NCBI GenBank assembly: GCA_964016885.1
Contig: OZ024741.1
Location: 26,474,001-26,538,000, forward strand
Direction: 5' to 3'
Source: Eledone cirrhosa
Lineage: Eukaryota
DNA length: 64,000 nucleotides
Shown: positions 1 to 13,311 of the stretch, in pieces
Numbering within the stretch: position 1 is the first letter of the stretch
How the letters are laid out: each line of letters opens with the position of its first letter
Program-made: the position numbers and the translations under genes
The notes under the pieces: generated by a model
Told to the model about the DNA's origin: nothing
The model's input: only the letters and a program-made list of their open reading frames with translations
Database searches by the model: none

Positions 1-1359
1 TATTATATCCCAGCAATATTGAGGACAGAGCTCTCCTCTCACTGTGTATATTATATCCCAGCAATATTGAGGTCAGAGCTCTCTTCTCACTGTGTATATT
101 ATATCCGAGCAATATTGAGGGCAGAGCTCTCCTCTCACTGTATATATTATATCCCAGCAATATTGAAGGCAGAGCTCTTCTTTCACTGTGTATATGATAT
201 CCTAGCAATATTGAGGGCAGAGCTCTCCTGTCACTGTGTATATGATATCCCAGCAATATTGAGGACAGAGCTCTCCTGTCACTGTGTTTATTATATCCCA
301 GCAATATTGAGGACAGAGCTCTCCTGTCACTGTGTATATGATATCCCAGCAATATTGAGGACAGAGCTCTCCTGTCACTGTGTATATGATATCCCAGCAA
401 TATTGAGGACAGAGCTCTCCTGTCACTGTGTATATTATATCCCAGCAATATTGAGGGCAGAACTGCTCCCCTCACTGTGTATATTATATCCCAGCAATAT
501 TGAAGGCAGAGCTCTTCTTTCACTGTGTATATTATATCCCAGCAATATTGAGGACAGAGCTCTCCTGTCACTGTGTATATTATATCCCAGCAATATTGAG
601 GACAGAGCTCTCCTGTCACTGTGTATATTATATCCCAGGAATATTGAGGGCAGAACTGCTCCCCTCACTGTGTATATTATATCCCAGCAATATTGAGGAC
701 AGAGCTCTCCTCTCACTGTGTATATTATATCCCAGCAATATTGAAGGCAGAGCTCTTCTTTCACTGTGTATATGATATCCCAGCAATATTGAGGACAGAG
801 CTCTCCTGTCACTGTGTATATTATATCCCAGCAATATTGAGGGCAGAACTGCTCCCCTCACTGTGTATATTATATCCCAGCAATATTGAAGGCAGAGCTC
901 TTCTTTCACTGTCTATATGATATCCCAGCAATATTGAGGACAGAGCTCTCCTGTCACTGTGTATATTATATCCCAGCAATATTGAGGGCAGAACTGCTCC
1001 CCTCACTGTGTATATTATATCCCAGCAATATTGAAGGCAGAGATCTTCTTTCACTGTGTATATGATATCCCAGCAATATTGAGGACAGAGCTCTCCTGTC
1101 ACTGTGTATATTATATCCCAGCAATATTGAGGGCAGAACTGCTCCCCTCACTGTGTATATTATATCCCAGCAATATTGAAGGCAGAGCTCTTCTTTCACT
1201 GTGTATATGATATCCCAGCAATATTGAGGACAGAGCTCTCCTGTCACTGTGTATATTATATCCCAGCAATATTGAGGGCAGAACTGCTCCCCTCACTGTG
1301 TATATTATATCCTAGCAATATTGAGGGCAGAACTGCTCCCCTCACTGTGTATATTATAT
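1..1359. repeat. 48/49-bp intronic minisatellite
   Basis: Tandem unit TATTATATCCCAGCAATATTGAGGACAGAGCTCTCCTGTCACTGTGTA with three recurrent variants. Confidence 0.97.
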
Positions 1360-1677
1360 TTAATATCAGTTAAACTGAGGGTAGTGGGAGTTCTCCCAAT
1401 GTGTTTTATCTTTTTCCTTGTCATATTTCTAATAAAATATTCTGTATTTGAATTAAACCCCAATGAATTTGCAGGCATTTACTAAAATTATTTCAATTAT
1501 TATGATGGTCTTTGTCACATAACAACAAAGATTCTTACATAAAATTATGTTGGTGGAAGATTCCTATTGATGTATGACCCCTTCAAGGGGATGGTTTTGC
1601 TCCACTGAGGTAGAGACATTTTGGAGTCAGGATGGTATTGAAAATGTTAAAGAAATCAATATGAAAGATGTACTCAC

Positions 1678-1805
1678 AACTCTCCAAGACACTCCAGTAG
1701 TATAAGGTTATTCTTATCTTTCTCATGTTCATTTAAAAGTATGTTGATGATAACTTGCATGTTGTAGAGGTTGTGTGGCCAAGATTGGATCAAGTGAAGG
1801 AAACC
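1678..1805 (-). CDS. VPS41: VPS41 coding exon (most 3' exon in window; gene continues beyond position 1)
   Basis: TTCCAG/GTGAGT, 128 nt: GFLHLIQSWPHNLYNMQVIINILLNEHEKDKNNLILLECLGE + 2 nt (cf. GFATLIREWPGDLYN). Confidence 0.93.
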
Positions 1806-2693
1806 CTGGAATAAAGGAGAGCAATGTTAGGAATCAAGGCTGGAATCATCGCCATCATCATCATCATTATTATCATTGTCGTCATTTTTACATCCATTTT
1901 TCCACGCTTGCATGGGTTGGACAGGTCCTTTTCAGCACAGCATCTCTCCACTCGCCACATTCCTTCATCATTTCCTCTGCGAGTCTCAGTGATTTGAGAT
2001 CAGCTGTCTAATCTCAAACTCACAGAGGAGATTACAAAGGAACACGGCATGTGGAATATGATATATATCATCATCATTGTTGTTTTAACTTCTGCTTACC
2101 CTGCTAGCAAGGGTTAGACAGGTCCATATAGACCAAGACAGTACTGAAGTGGAGCCACTGATCTTCTAAGCAAGCCAGGGATGTGAGTCTCACTTATGTA
2201 GTCTCATGTTCCATGAGTGCTCAGGAGAGGTTGCCATGCCTTTGACACAACTGAGGGTCCTCCCAACTTTTTGTTTGGTAAAATTTCTATGGCTGGATGC
2301 CCTTCCTATCACCAACCACTTTACAGTGAGCACTACGTGCATTTATCATGAGTACATATATATATATATATACACACACACATACTATTGCTGTTTAATG
2401 TCTATTCTCCATGCTTGTATGAGTTAGACGGGCTGTCACATTATGAGGCTAGACAGGTCAGGTGACCATGTCTTGCTCATACATTCCGTTTTTGGTGTAG
2501 TTTTCTATGACTAGATACCCTTTCTTAACACTAACCACATTACACTGTGTACTGGGACCTTTTTGGTCAGCTGGAACAGTTTTGACCATAGTTCAGTTTG
2601 ACCAAAGCTGACAAAGGGCTCAACAACAACAGTTGAGTGAAGAACTGACTTCTGAAACCAACAACAAGATGATGAAACTATATTTGACCTTAC

Positions 2694-2786
2694 CTCATGA
2701 TCTGTTCTCAAGAATTCATTAAGAACTATTTCGTAAATCATCGAACTAAGTAAGGGATCAGCACAGGGAAGATATGGAGCCAAGAC
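2694..2786 (-). CDS. VPS41: VPS41 coding exon
   Basis: CTCAG/GTAAGG, 93 nt: VLAPYLPCADPLLSSMIYEIVLNEFLRTDHE (cf. ISPYLPRGDPVLKPLIYEMILHEFL). Confidence 0.95.
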
Positions 2787-3372
2787 CTGAGGAAATTAGT
2801 AAAGAGAAGTTCTTACATTATATAAGATATTTAGTTTTTACACCACAACATAACACAGGTTTATAAACACCACATAACACAGGTTTATAAACACAACATA
2901 CATAACAAACAACAAAAAATGTATATATATATATAAACACATACTCATATATGTATGTATGTAAATGTAGCAATATCCATAGATGTGAAAAGGAAAAAAG
3001 GAAAACGGTGCTCAATTGGGAAGAGAGCAGAAATATATTATTTATTTATGTTCATTCACAGAACAAAAGTGCTACACAAGGTTTCAAAACTGTGACCCAT
3101 CTTAATACGTATTACTGTCTTAAGAAAGGCCACTATTATGATCTCTTTTGTTTTCTAGAGGTGCGGCCAAATTTAGACCTTGAAACCTTGGGTAGTGCTT
3201 TTGTTCCATGTATGAACATAAATTAATAAATGTAATAAAAGGACTAATTATTGAACTGACTGCTACAAGTGAAAAATTCTCAGGAGGGAGAATTATGTGG
3301 CACAGAAGGGAGTTAAAACATGTGTGTGTGTCTGTGTGTGTATTTATATGTAAGTGTAAATCAATAGCTAAC

Positions 3373-3516
3373 CTTAAGTTGACCAATATCATTGAACTTT
3401 TCAAAAGTGGCCTCCCACAGTTCTTTCTTCCGTCCTAATATTCTGACACATAGTTGTGCTGCCTCTTCATATTCGGCAGCCTCGAGGAGATGATCTAAAT
3501 ATTGCCTTCCGAGTTC
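3373..3516 (-). CDS. VPS41: VPS41 coding exon
   Basis: TTTCAG/GTTAGC, 144 nt: ELGRQYLDHLLEAAEYEEAAQLCVRILGRKKELWEATFEKFNDIGQLK. Confidence 0.95.
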
Positions 3517-3848
3517 CTGAAAATAAATCAAGATAAATTATCAAAAACAGTTCATATGATGAAGGAACATGGTGAGAGGAGAGAAGCTGTTCTGAAAAGG
3601 ACTCGTCCAAACCCATGCAAGCATGGAAAAATGGATATAAAAATGATGGTGATGATGATGTTTAGAGCATTAGACAACACATCTTGTAGCATATATTTTG
3701 ACTCCTTCCATTCCAGTTCAAATCTTGCCATGGTCAACCTTGCCTTTCATCCTTCCAAGGGTTGATAAAGTACCAATCCGGGGTTGGTATATTGACAGAA
3801 ATGTTAGGGCATTAGACAGGATGTCTTGTCATATCTGTTCCAGTTTAA

Positions 3849-4058
3849 CCCTTTAGCATTTAAACTGGCCGCATCCAGCCAAAATTCTCCCACCTCTTTT
3901 TGTTCAAACCGGCTGTAACTGGCCACTCATACTGACGTTAAGGTATTGTTCTCAAAATAAATAACATCAAAATCTCATAGATTTGATATTATGTGAAGTA
4001 AAGCCTTTACTGCGAAAATACAATAGTATATATAAAGAGTAATGCAAATGCTAAAGGC
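3849..4058. mobile_element. piggyBac-type MITE (~210 bp)
   Basis: TTAA flanks, TIR CCCTTTAGCATTT...AAATGCTAAAGG; homologous copies at 16052 and 19279. Confidence 0.8.
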
Positions 4059-4729
4059 TTAAATTGTTCTGAGTTCAAATCCTGCTGCCTCCTGTCACTG
4101 GAAAAAGGGTGACATGACAGCACTGGGGTTCCTTATTAAAACTCTCAAAAGACTTATGAGATACAATCACATAGTGGGCTTGGCTAAACCTACATAGGTA
4201 TGAGCTGCGACAACAAGATATGAAGCCAACTAAACCTGGGTATGTAGGATCTATAACAACAACACTCAGTGGATGAATTATTATGACAGGAAAGTGACCC
4301 CTTATTTTATTTTTGAAATTATTGTAAACTGCACCCAGTACACTCTTCAGTAGTCGATGATTGAACAGAAACTATGTAGGGCTGAGAGAGGAAATTTCAG
4401 TCTGGCCAGTAAAACCAGATATTAAATGGCATGGTGATAGTGATGATGTTGGTGAGAATGATGGTGGTGGTGGAAGTGGTTAGGATGATGTTGATGGTTG
4501 TGATGATGAAGATGATTATGATGGTAGTAGTGGAAGTGGTGATGAAATTCTATAAGGTAATGATAGTAACTGATGGTGAGAGTATGGTGTTGGTGGTGAT
4601 GGCGGTGGTGTTGGTGTTGGTGGTGATGGTGGTGTTGGTGGTGATGGTGATGGTGGAGGTGTTGATGATGTTGAAGTTGGCAGTAGTGATGATGATGATA
4701 ACATTTTGTAAATTTCAAAAGGCTGTTAC

Positions 4730-4786
4730 CTGGACATTATGTTTCTTCAGTTCTTTACTGTGAGCCATAGCAGATTCCATTGCATC
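4730..4786 (-). CDS. VPS41: VPS41 coding exon
   Basis: CCCAG/GTAAC, 57 nt: DAMESAMAHSKELKKHNVQ (cf. EALMAAEISQKNIKRHKIL). Confidence 0.88.
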
Positions 4787-5090
4787 CTGGGATTTGAAAG
4801 AGAAGAGGAGGAGGAGGAAGAGGTAGAAACAACAACACTATTATTGATTTATATAACAAACATGGATTTCTTCAAATGATGTTGTGATGTTCATTCCTAT
4901 TCCTCCAAATGATATTATATGAGCAAAGTAAGTGAAATAGTTGTAGCTGGGAATTAAACCTGGATTTTGATAGATTCAATGATGACATTGTTTTTCTACA
5001 TCAGATTCTGATGAGTATATACAGGATGTCCCTCCAAAATGTATACACACTTCAACAGCATTCTAATAAAAGTGTGTATACAGTTTTGGG

Positions 5091-8000
5091 GATATACAGC
5101 TAATATGTGAAGGACAGATCTGGTGACAAGCTGGACAGATGAAATATAGATGTGATATAAAAGTTGGACATAGTTGAAATATAGATGTGATATTCAGCTA
5201 AGATGTGAAGGACAGGTGTGGAGAGAAATTAGATACAGATGAAATATAGATGTGATATACAGCTAACATGTGAAGGACAGGTGTGGAGAGAAGTTAGACA
5301 CAGATGAAATATAGATGTGATATACAGCTAACATGTGAAGGACAGGTGTGGAGAGAAGTTAGACACAGATGAAATATAGATGTGATATACAGCTAACATG
5401 TGAAGGACAGGTGTGGAGAGAAGTTAGACACAGATGAAATATAGATGTGATATACAGCTAACATGTGAAGGACAGGTGTGGAGAGAAGTTAGACACAGAT
5501 GAAATATAGATGTGATATACAGCTAACATGTGAAGGACAGGTGTGGAGAGAATTTAGACACAGATGAAATATAGATGTGATATACAGCAAACATGTGAAG
5601 GACATGTGTGGAGAGAAGTTAGACACAGATGAAATATAGATATAATATACAGCTAACATGTGAAGGACAGGTGTGGAGAGAAGTTAGACACAGATGAAAT
5701 ATAGATGTGATATACAGCTAACATGTGAAGGACAGGTGTGGAGAGAAGTTAGACACAGATGAAATATAGATATGATATACAGCTAACATGTGAAGGACAG
5801 GTGTGGAGAGAAGTTAGACACAGATGAAATATAGATGTGATATACAGCAAACATGTGAAGGACATGTGTGGAGAGAAGTTAGACACAGATGAAATATAGA
5901 TATAATATACAGCTAACATGTGAAGGACAGGTGTGGAGAGAAGTTAGACACAGATGAAATATAGATGTGATATACAGCTAACATGTGAAGGACAGGTGTG
6001 GAGAGAAGTTAGACACAGATGAAATATAGATGTGATATACAGCTAACATGTGAAGGACAGGTGTGGAGAGAAGTTAGACACAGATGAAATATAGATGTGA
6101 TATACAGCAAACATGTGAAGGACATGTGTGGAGAGAAGTTAGACACAGATGAAATATAGATGTGATATACAGCTAACATGTGAAGGACAGGTGTGGAGAG
6201 AAGTTAGACACAGATGAAATATAGATGTGATATACAGCAAACATTTGAAGGACATGTGTGGAGAGAAGTTAGACACAGATGAAATATAGATGTGATATAC
6301 ATCTAACATGTGAAGGACAGGTGGGGAGAGAAGTTAGACACAGATGAAATATAGATGTGATATACAGCTAACATGTGAAGGACAGGTGTGGAGAGAAGTT
6401 AGACACAGATGAAATATAGATGTGATATACAGCTAACATGTGAAGGACAGGTGTGGAGAGAAGTTAGATACAAATGAAATATAGATGTGATATACAGCTA
6501 ACATGTGAAGGACAGGTGTGGAGAGAAGTTAGATACAAATGAAATATAGATGTGATATACAGCTAACATGTGACGGACAGGTGTGGAGAGAAGTTAGACA
6601 CAGATGAAATATAGATATAATATACAGCTAACATGTGAAGGACAGGTGTGGAGAGAAGTTAGACACAGATGAAATATAGATGTGATATACAGCTAACATG
6701 TGAAGGACATGTGTGGAGAGAAGTTAGATACAGATGAAATATAGATATAATATACAGCTAACATGTGAAGGACAGGTGTGGAGAGAAGTTAGACACAGAT
6801 GAAATAGAGATGTGATATACAGCTAACATATACAGCTAACATGTGAAGGACAGGTGTGGAGAGAAGTTAGACACAGATGAAATATAGATGTGATATACAG
6901 CTAACATGTGAAGGACAGGTGTGGAGAGAAGTTAGACACAGATGAAATATAGATGTTATATACAGCTAACATGTGAAGGACAGGTGTGGAGAGAAGTTAG
7001 ACACAGATGAAATATAGATGTCATATACAGCTAACATGTGAAGGACAGGTGTGGAGAGAAGTTAGACACAGATGAAATATAGATGTCATATACAGCTAAC
7101 ATGTGAAGGACAGGTGTGGAGAGAAGTTAGACACAGATGAAATATAGATGTGATATACAGCAAACATTTGAAGGACATGTGTGGAGAGAAGTTAGACACA
7201 GATGAAATATAGATGTGATATACATCTAACATGTGAAGGACAGGTGGGGAGAGAAGTTAGACACAGATGAAATATAGATGTGATATACAGCTAACATGTG
7301 AAGGACAGGTGTGGAGAGAAGTTAGACACAGATGAAATATAGATGTGATATACAGCTAACATGTGAAGGACAGGTGTGGAGAGAAGTTAGATACAAATGA
7401 AATATAGATGTGATATACAGCTAACATGTGAAGGACAGGTGTGGAGAGAAGTTAGATACAAATGAAATATAGATGTGATATACAGCTAACATGTGACGGA
7501 CAGGTGTGGAGAGAAGTTAGACACAGATGAAATATAGATATAATATACAGCTAACATATGAAGGACAGGTGTGGAGAGAAGTTAGACACAGATGAAATAT
7601 AGATGTGATATACAGCTAACATGTGAAGGACATGTGTGGAGAGAAGTTAGATACAGATGAAATATAGATATAATATACAGCTAACATGTGAAGGACAGGT
7701 GTGGAGAGAAGTTAGACACAGATGAAATAGAGATGTGATATACAGCTAACATATACAGCTAACATGTGAAGGACAGGTGTGGAGAGAAGTTAGACACAGA
7801 TGAAATATAGATGTGATATACAGCTAACATGTGAAGGACAGGTGTGGAGAGAAGTTAGACACAGATGAAATATAGATGTTATATACAGCTAACATGTGAA
7901 GGACAGGTGTGGAGAGAAGTTAGACACAGATGAAATATAGATGTCATATACAGCTAACATGTGAAGGACAGGTGTGGAGAGAAGTTAGACACAGATGAAA

Positions 8001-9728
8001 TATAGATGTCATATACAGCTAACATATACAGCTAACATGTGAAGGACAGGTGTGGAGAGAAGTTAGACACAGATGAAATATAGATGTGATATACAGCTGA
8101 CATGTGAAGGACAGATCTGGTAACAAGTTAGACACAGATGAAATATAGATGTGATATACAGCTAACATGTGAAGGACAGGTGTGGAGAGAAGTTAGATAC
8201 AGATTAAATATAGATGTGATATACAGCTAACATGTGAAGGACAGGTGTGGAGAGAAGTTAGATACAGATGAAATATAGATGTGATATACAGCTAACATGT
8301 GAAGGACAGTTGTGGAGAGAAGTTAGATACAAATGAAATATAGATGTGATATACAGCTAACATGTGAAGGACAGGTGTGGAGAGAAGTTAGATACAAATG
8401 AAATATAGATGTGATATACAGCTAACATGTGAAGGACAGGTGTGGAGAGAAGTTAGACACAGATGAAATATAGATGTGATATACAGCTAACATGTGAAGG
8501 ACAGGTGTGGAGAGAAGTTAGATACAAATGAAATATAGATGTGATATACAGCTAACATGTGAAGGACAGGTGTGGAGAGAAGTTAGACACAGATGAAATA
8601 TAGATGTGATATACAGCTAACATGTGAAGGACATGTGTGGAGAGAAGTTAGATACAGATGAAATATAGATATAATATACAGCTAACATGTGAAGGACAGG
8701 TGTGGAGAGAAGTTAGACACAGATGAAATAGAGATGTGATATACAGCTAACATATACAGCTAACATGTGAAGGACAGGTGTGGAGAGAAGTTAGACACAG
8801 ATGAAATATAGATGTGATATACAGCTAACATGTGAAGGACAGGTGTGGAGAGAAGTTAGATACAGATGAAATATAGATATAATATACAGCTAACATGTGA
8901 AGGACAGGTGTGGAGAGAAGTTAGACACAGATGAAATATAGATGTGATATACAGCTAACATGTGAAGGACAGGTGTGGAGAGAAGTTAGATACAGATGAA
9001 ATATAGACGTGATATACAGCTAACATGTGAAGGACAGGTGTGGAGAGAAGTTAGATACAGATGAAATATAGATGTGATATACAGCTAACATGTGAAGGAC
9101 AGGTGTGGAGAGAAGTTAGACACAGATGAAATATAGATGTGATATACAGCTAACATGTGAAGGACAGGTGTGGAGAGAAGTTAGACACAGATGAAATATA
9201 GATGTGATATACAGCTAATATGTGAAGGACAGGTGTGGAGAGAAGTTAGACACAGATGAAATATAGATGTGATATACAGCTAACATGTGAAGGACAGGTG
9301 TGGAGAGAAGTTAGACACAGATGAAATATAGATGTGATATACAGCTAACATGTGAAGGACAGGTGTGGAGAGAAGTTAGACACAGATGAAATATAGATGT
9401 CATATACAGCTAACATGTGAAGGACAGGTGTGGAGAGAAGTTAGATACAGATGAAATATAGATATAATATACAGCTAACATGTGAAGGACAGGTGTGGAG
9501 AGAAGTTAGACACAGATGAAATATAGATGTCATATACAGCTAACATATACAGCTAACATGTGAAGGACAGGTGTGGAGAGAAGTTAGACACAGATGAAAT
9601 ATAGATGTGATATACAGCTGACATGTGAAGGACAGATCTGGTAACAAGTTAGACACAGATGAAATATAGATGTGATATACAGCTAACATGTGAAGGACAG
9701 ATCTGGTGACAAGTTAGACACAGATGAA
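5091..9728. repeat. 65-bp minisatellite, ~70 copies
   Basis: Unit GATATACAGCTAACATGTGAAGGACAGGTGTGGAGAGAAGTTAGACACAGATGAAATATAGATGT. Confidence 0.98.
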
Positions 9729-9857
9729 AAATCACATCGTTACTGTTAGATGATTGAATTTCACAATGGAGCCTACCTGGCTGCCTTTTACATATCTTCT
9801 TACCTGGTGCATTCAGTTTTGAACTGTTGTACACCATCATATACAACTGTCAGATAT

Positions 9858-10040
9858 TGTACCAGATGTAACCAGAGGAATATATATCTGGACAATACAA
9901 TACCAGATGTAACCAGAGGGATATATATCTGGTCAGATACAATACCAGATGTAACGAGAGGAATATATATCTGGACAGATACAATACCAGATGTAACGAG
10001 AGGAATATATATCTGGACAGATACAATACCAGATGTAAAC
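9858..10040. repeat. 42-bp tandem repeat (~4 copies)
   Basis: TACAATACCAGATGTAACGAGAGGAATATATATCTGGACAGA units. Confidence 0.9.
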
Positions 10041-10164
10041 CAGAGAAACTGTGATCCCCTCCCCTACCTACTGCTCTGGTTAGCTATACTACTGAGCCAA
10101 CCAACTGTAACTGCCCCCTCCCATGCTCTGGACAGCTATAGTAACAATGACCAATGATACTAAC

Positions 10165-10280
10165 CTCATAACGTTCATGTTCCAGTAGCCATGTGATGTG
10201 GTCATCTTGGTCTCTCAGTTTGGCCACAACCACATCCTTAGGGCTAATGAGGAAGTAAAGACTTTCTTCAACAACACACT
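10165..10280 (-). CDS. VPS41: VPS41 coding exon
   Basis: TTACAG/GTTAGT, 116 nt: (E)CVVEESLYFLISPKDVVVAKLRDQDDHITWLLEHERYE (hallmark SP.DVVVAK.RD.DDHI.WLL). Confidence 0.97.
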
Positions 10281-10698
10281 CTGTAATGGAGATATTGGAG
10301 AGATAGATGGAGAGAGAGAGAGAGAGAATGGAGAGAGAGAGAATGGAGAGAGAGATAGAGAGTCACACACATTAACAAGCCACATAATTGAGAAGTAACC
10401 CTTTTAGGCAGTTGAATACTAATAGCAAATAATTGTTTCTACTTTTGGCACAAGGCCAGCAATTACCCAGTGCATTACTGGTACTTTATTTTATCGACCC
10501 CGTAAGGATGAAAGGCAAAGTTAACCTCGGCGGGATTTGAACTCAGAATGGCAAGGACCGTAACTCTATGCGTCAAAGCATGGCGCCCGACCCTCTACCG
10601 ATACTACCAATCCACCGCCCTAATTTACTAATAGCAAATAATGAAGTGTTATATGTGTGTAAGTGTAAGTATGTGTGTGTGTGTGTGTTTGGAATGTG

Positions 10699-10912
10699 GT
10701 GACATCTGACATGCAGTGACTTCTGACATGGAGTGACCTCTGACATGCAGTGACTTCTGACGGAGTGACATCTGACATGGAGTGACCTCTGGCATGGAGT
10801 GACCTCTGGCATGGAGTGACTTCTGACATGGAGTGACCTTTGGCATGCAGTGACTTCTGACATGTAGTGACCTTTGGCATGCAGTGACTTCTGACTTTAG
10901 TGACCTTCAGCA
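10699..10912. repeat. 17-bp tandem repeat
   Basis: GTGACTTCTGACATGGA/GCA units. Confidence 0.9.
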
Positions 10913-11085
10913 TGTAATGTGTTAAATAAGTAGTCATGCTCCACAAGAGCTCATGCTTCATCCACCCAATGATTAAGGACTAAACTCTGCACACTTTGTG
11001 GCACTCTGGCCCTCTTTCTACACAGTTCAGTCAGTTCATGTATGTCTATGTTTCAGTAGTGATGGTCACAATGAGAAATACTTAC

Positions 11086-11218
11086 CAAGATGATAGTCAA
11101 AACATCGATATTCTTCGAATCCTCGGAAAGATAAAGCATCATCAGATATCTCCTCGTAATAATTCTCCTCTGGTTCCCATATCTGAAGGTGAGGTCGGTC
11201 AGCTTTGAACTTGCCACC
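11086..11218 (-). CDS. VPS41: VPS41 coding exon
   Basis: TGCAG/GTAAGT, 133 nt: GGKFKADRPHLQIWEPEENYYEEISDDALSFRGFEEYRCFDYHL + 1 nt (cf. EEISSDALTVRGFQENECRDYHL). Confidence 0.95.
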
Positions 11219-11695
11219 CTGCAACAGGAAAAATAAACTGTGACATCATTTGTGATTAACCCTCTTATGTCAGCTAAGGTATGATAACAAATGGCAACAA
11301 TGACAAATATGATGAAATTTTAGCATCCATAACTGAGTACATTTTTTAAAAAAATGAGTCTATTACTAGACTGGTCTCACAATATGAAGATGTGAGATAG
11401 ATGTCTCCCAGGATAGGACAACAGTCTACGTAGGAAATACACCCCCCACCAATAAATTGGGGCTTATTCTAGACAGAGGAACTCAGACATGTTGAATTAT
11501 GATCCAAATATTTAACAAGACACCAACAGTGGTCTTAACAAGTTAATGAAGGATATCTACATGGTTTGTCAAGTTGCTAGAAATAGCAGTTAAATCTCCC
11601 TATAAAGCGCACCTCATGTGTAGGGGAGGAGTGGGGTAATTTATTCATTCAGCTGGTGTAAATAAAAATAATAAACTAGTGAAGTGTACACTGAC

Positions 11696-11805
11696 CTCAA
11701 TAGGTTGGCCTTCCTTGTCATAGGTGAAGACAACCAGGTTGTTTTCCAGGGGTGCTATACCACAGATGTAGCAGTTAGACTCTGGGGTGGTGGTAAACAT
11801 GTGGG
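11696..11805 (-). CDS. VPS41: VPS41 coding exon
   Basis: TTACAG/GTCAGT, 110 nt: (T)HMFTTTPESNCYICGIAPLENNLVVFTYDKEGQPIE (cf. YISGLAPL..QLVVLSY). Confidence 0.9.
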
Positions 11806-12680
11806 CTGTAATAGAGCAGACAAATAGTGAGAGAGAGGTAGAGGGGGGGGGGGGAGATAGATAGATAGAGAGGGAAGGAGGGAGAGAGGGGGAGAGAGAG
11901 AGAGAGAGGGAAAAAGAGAATTAACTGAAAAGGAGTGCTCCTGATGAGGTGTCGATGTGAGTGATGGTGGGGGTGGTGCTGATCTACAAACACCCCCCAA
12001 CAATAGACAGACAGAAGAACACACACATCAACAGATAGACAGTACGATACACACACACACATGCTTGTATATATCATCATCATAATTTAACATCCATTTT
12101 TCCACGCTAGCATGGGTTAGATGAGTTGTCCTGTTGTGAGACAAGCTATATCACGTGATCATGCCTTGCTCATACAGGACTGATATTTTTCCTTTTAGCA
12201 TGTATCTTCTTAGGTTAGCTAGTTTGTTGTTGTTGTTATTCTGATGTTTCGATTCTGCTGTGTTTCTACAAGATGACTAATTCTCCCAATTCCACCCTGC
12301 CCGTCCTTTCAATCTATCTAATTTCTCATTGTTTCTTCTGATGAAGGACTAGTGTCCGAAATGTTAAGACCCTCTTCCTGCTATTTCAAGCGTTAACCTA
12401 ATATATCCCTTCCATATACTGTACCGATTATGTTGTTTCTGTTTACCTTTTAAATATATATATGTCTGTTTGTTAGCTTTACCCACAGTAAACTTCTACA
12501 GCTGGATGTTCTTCCTGATGCTAACCCATACTTTTCAGTATGGAGGAGGTTCACCAACTTAATGGGGTTTTGGAGGCAATGGCATACATAAATTCACTCC
12601 CAAGGCATTGATTGGCCTGAAGTTATAGTAAAAGACACTTGTCCAAGGTGTCACACACCAGCACCGAACCTGGAACTACA

Positions 12681-12721
<41 letters not shown>

Positions 12722-12874
12722 CATCATCATCATCGTTTAACGTCCATCTTCCACGCTAGCATGGGTTATATATATATATTTTTATATAATAATTATGGAA
12801 TGAAGTTTATCGAATAGAATGGACACAGCTTCGGTTGTTTCCGTACTCACTCAATTTAATTAAGTCCGTATTAT

Positions 12875-13117
12875 TGGACATGTGATGGACATGGACAATG
12901 ATTGTTGGGTGAAGAAATGGCAGGGAATGTCAGTGGAAAGAAGCTGCAGTAGAAGTAGACCAAGAAAGACCAAGGCAGAAGTTGTGAGAGCTGATCTCAA
13001 ATCACTGAGACCCACAGAGGAGATGACGAAGGAACACGACAAGTGGAGAGATGCTCTGCTGAAAAGGACCCATCCAAACCATGCAAGTGTGGAAAAACGG
13101 ATGTAAAAACAATGATG
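12875..13117 (+). mobile_element. Degenerate RTE-like LINE 3' fragment
   Basis: GHVM..DNDCWVKK..RPRKT..EMTKEHDKWRDA, CCATGCAAG..GGATGTAAA tail. Confidence 0.75.
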
Positions 13118-13244
13118 ATATATATATCATCATCATCATCATCATTTTACGTCCGCTTTTCCCTGCTTGCAAAGGTAGGACAATATATATATATATACAC
13201 ACACAAACAGACAGCTACCAAAAAGAAAGTTAAGTAATCCTTAC

Positions 13245-13311
13245 TTATTTCCACAAAACGTTCAGGCATGTTGGCATCAACTTCAGATGTTTTATCACGA
13301 ACCACACAGAT
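13245..13311 (-). CDS. VPS41: VPS41 coding exon
   Basis: TTTCAG/GTAAGG, 67 nt: ICVVRDKTSEVDANMPERFVEI + 1 nt. Confidence 0.9.

Noticed and set aside
5008-5025. CTGATGAG as a hammerhead core
   Set aside because: No downstream GAAA, stem III or stem I partner.
1-9728. CRISPR-like regular repeats
   Set aside because: Head-to-tail units with no unique spacers, inside eukaryotic introns, and no cas genes.
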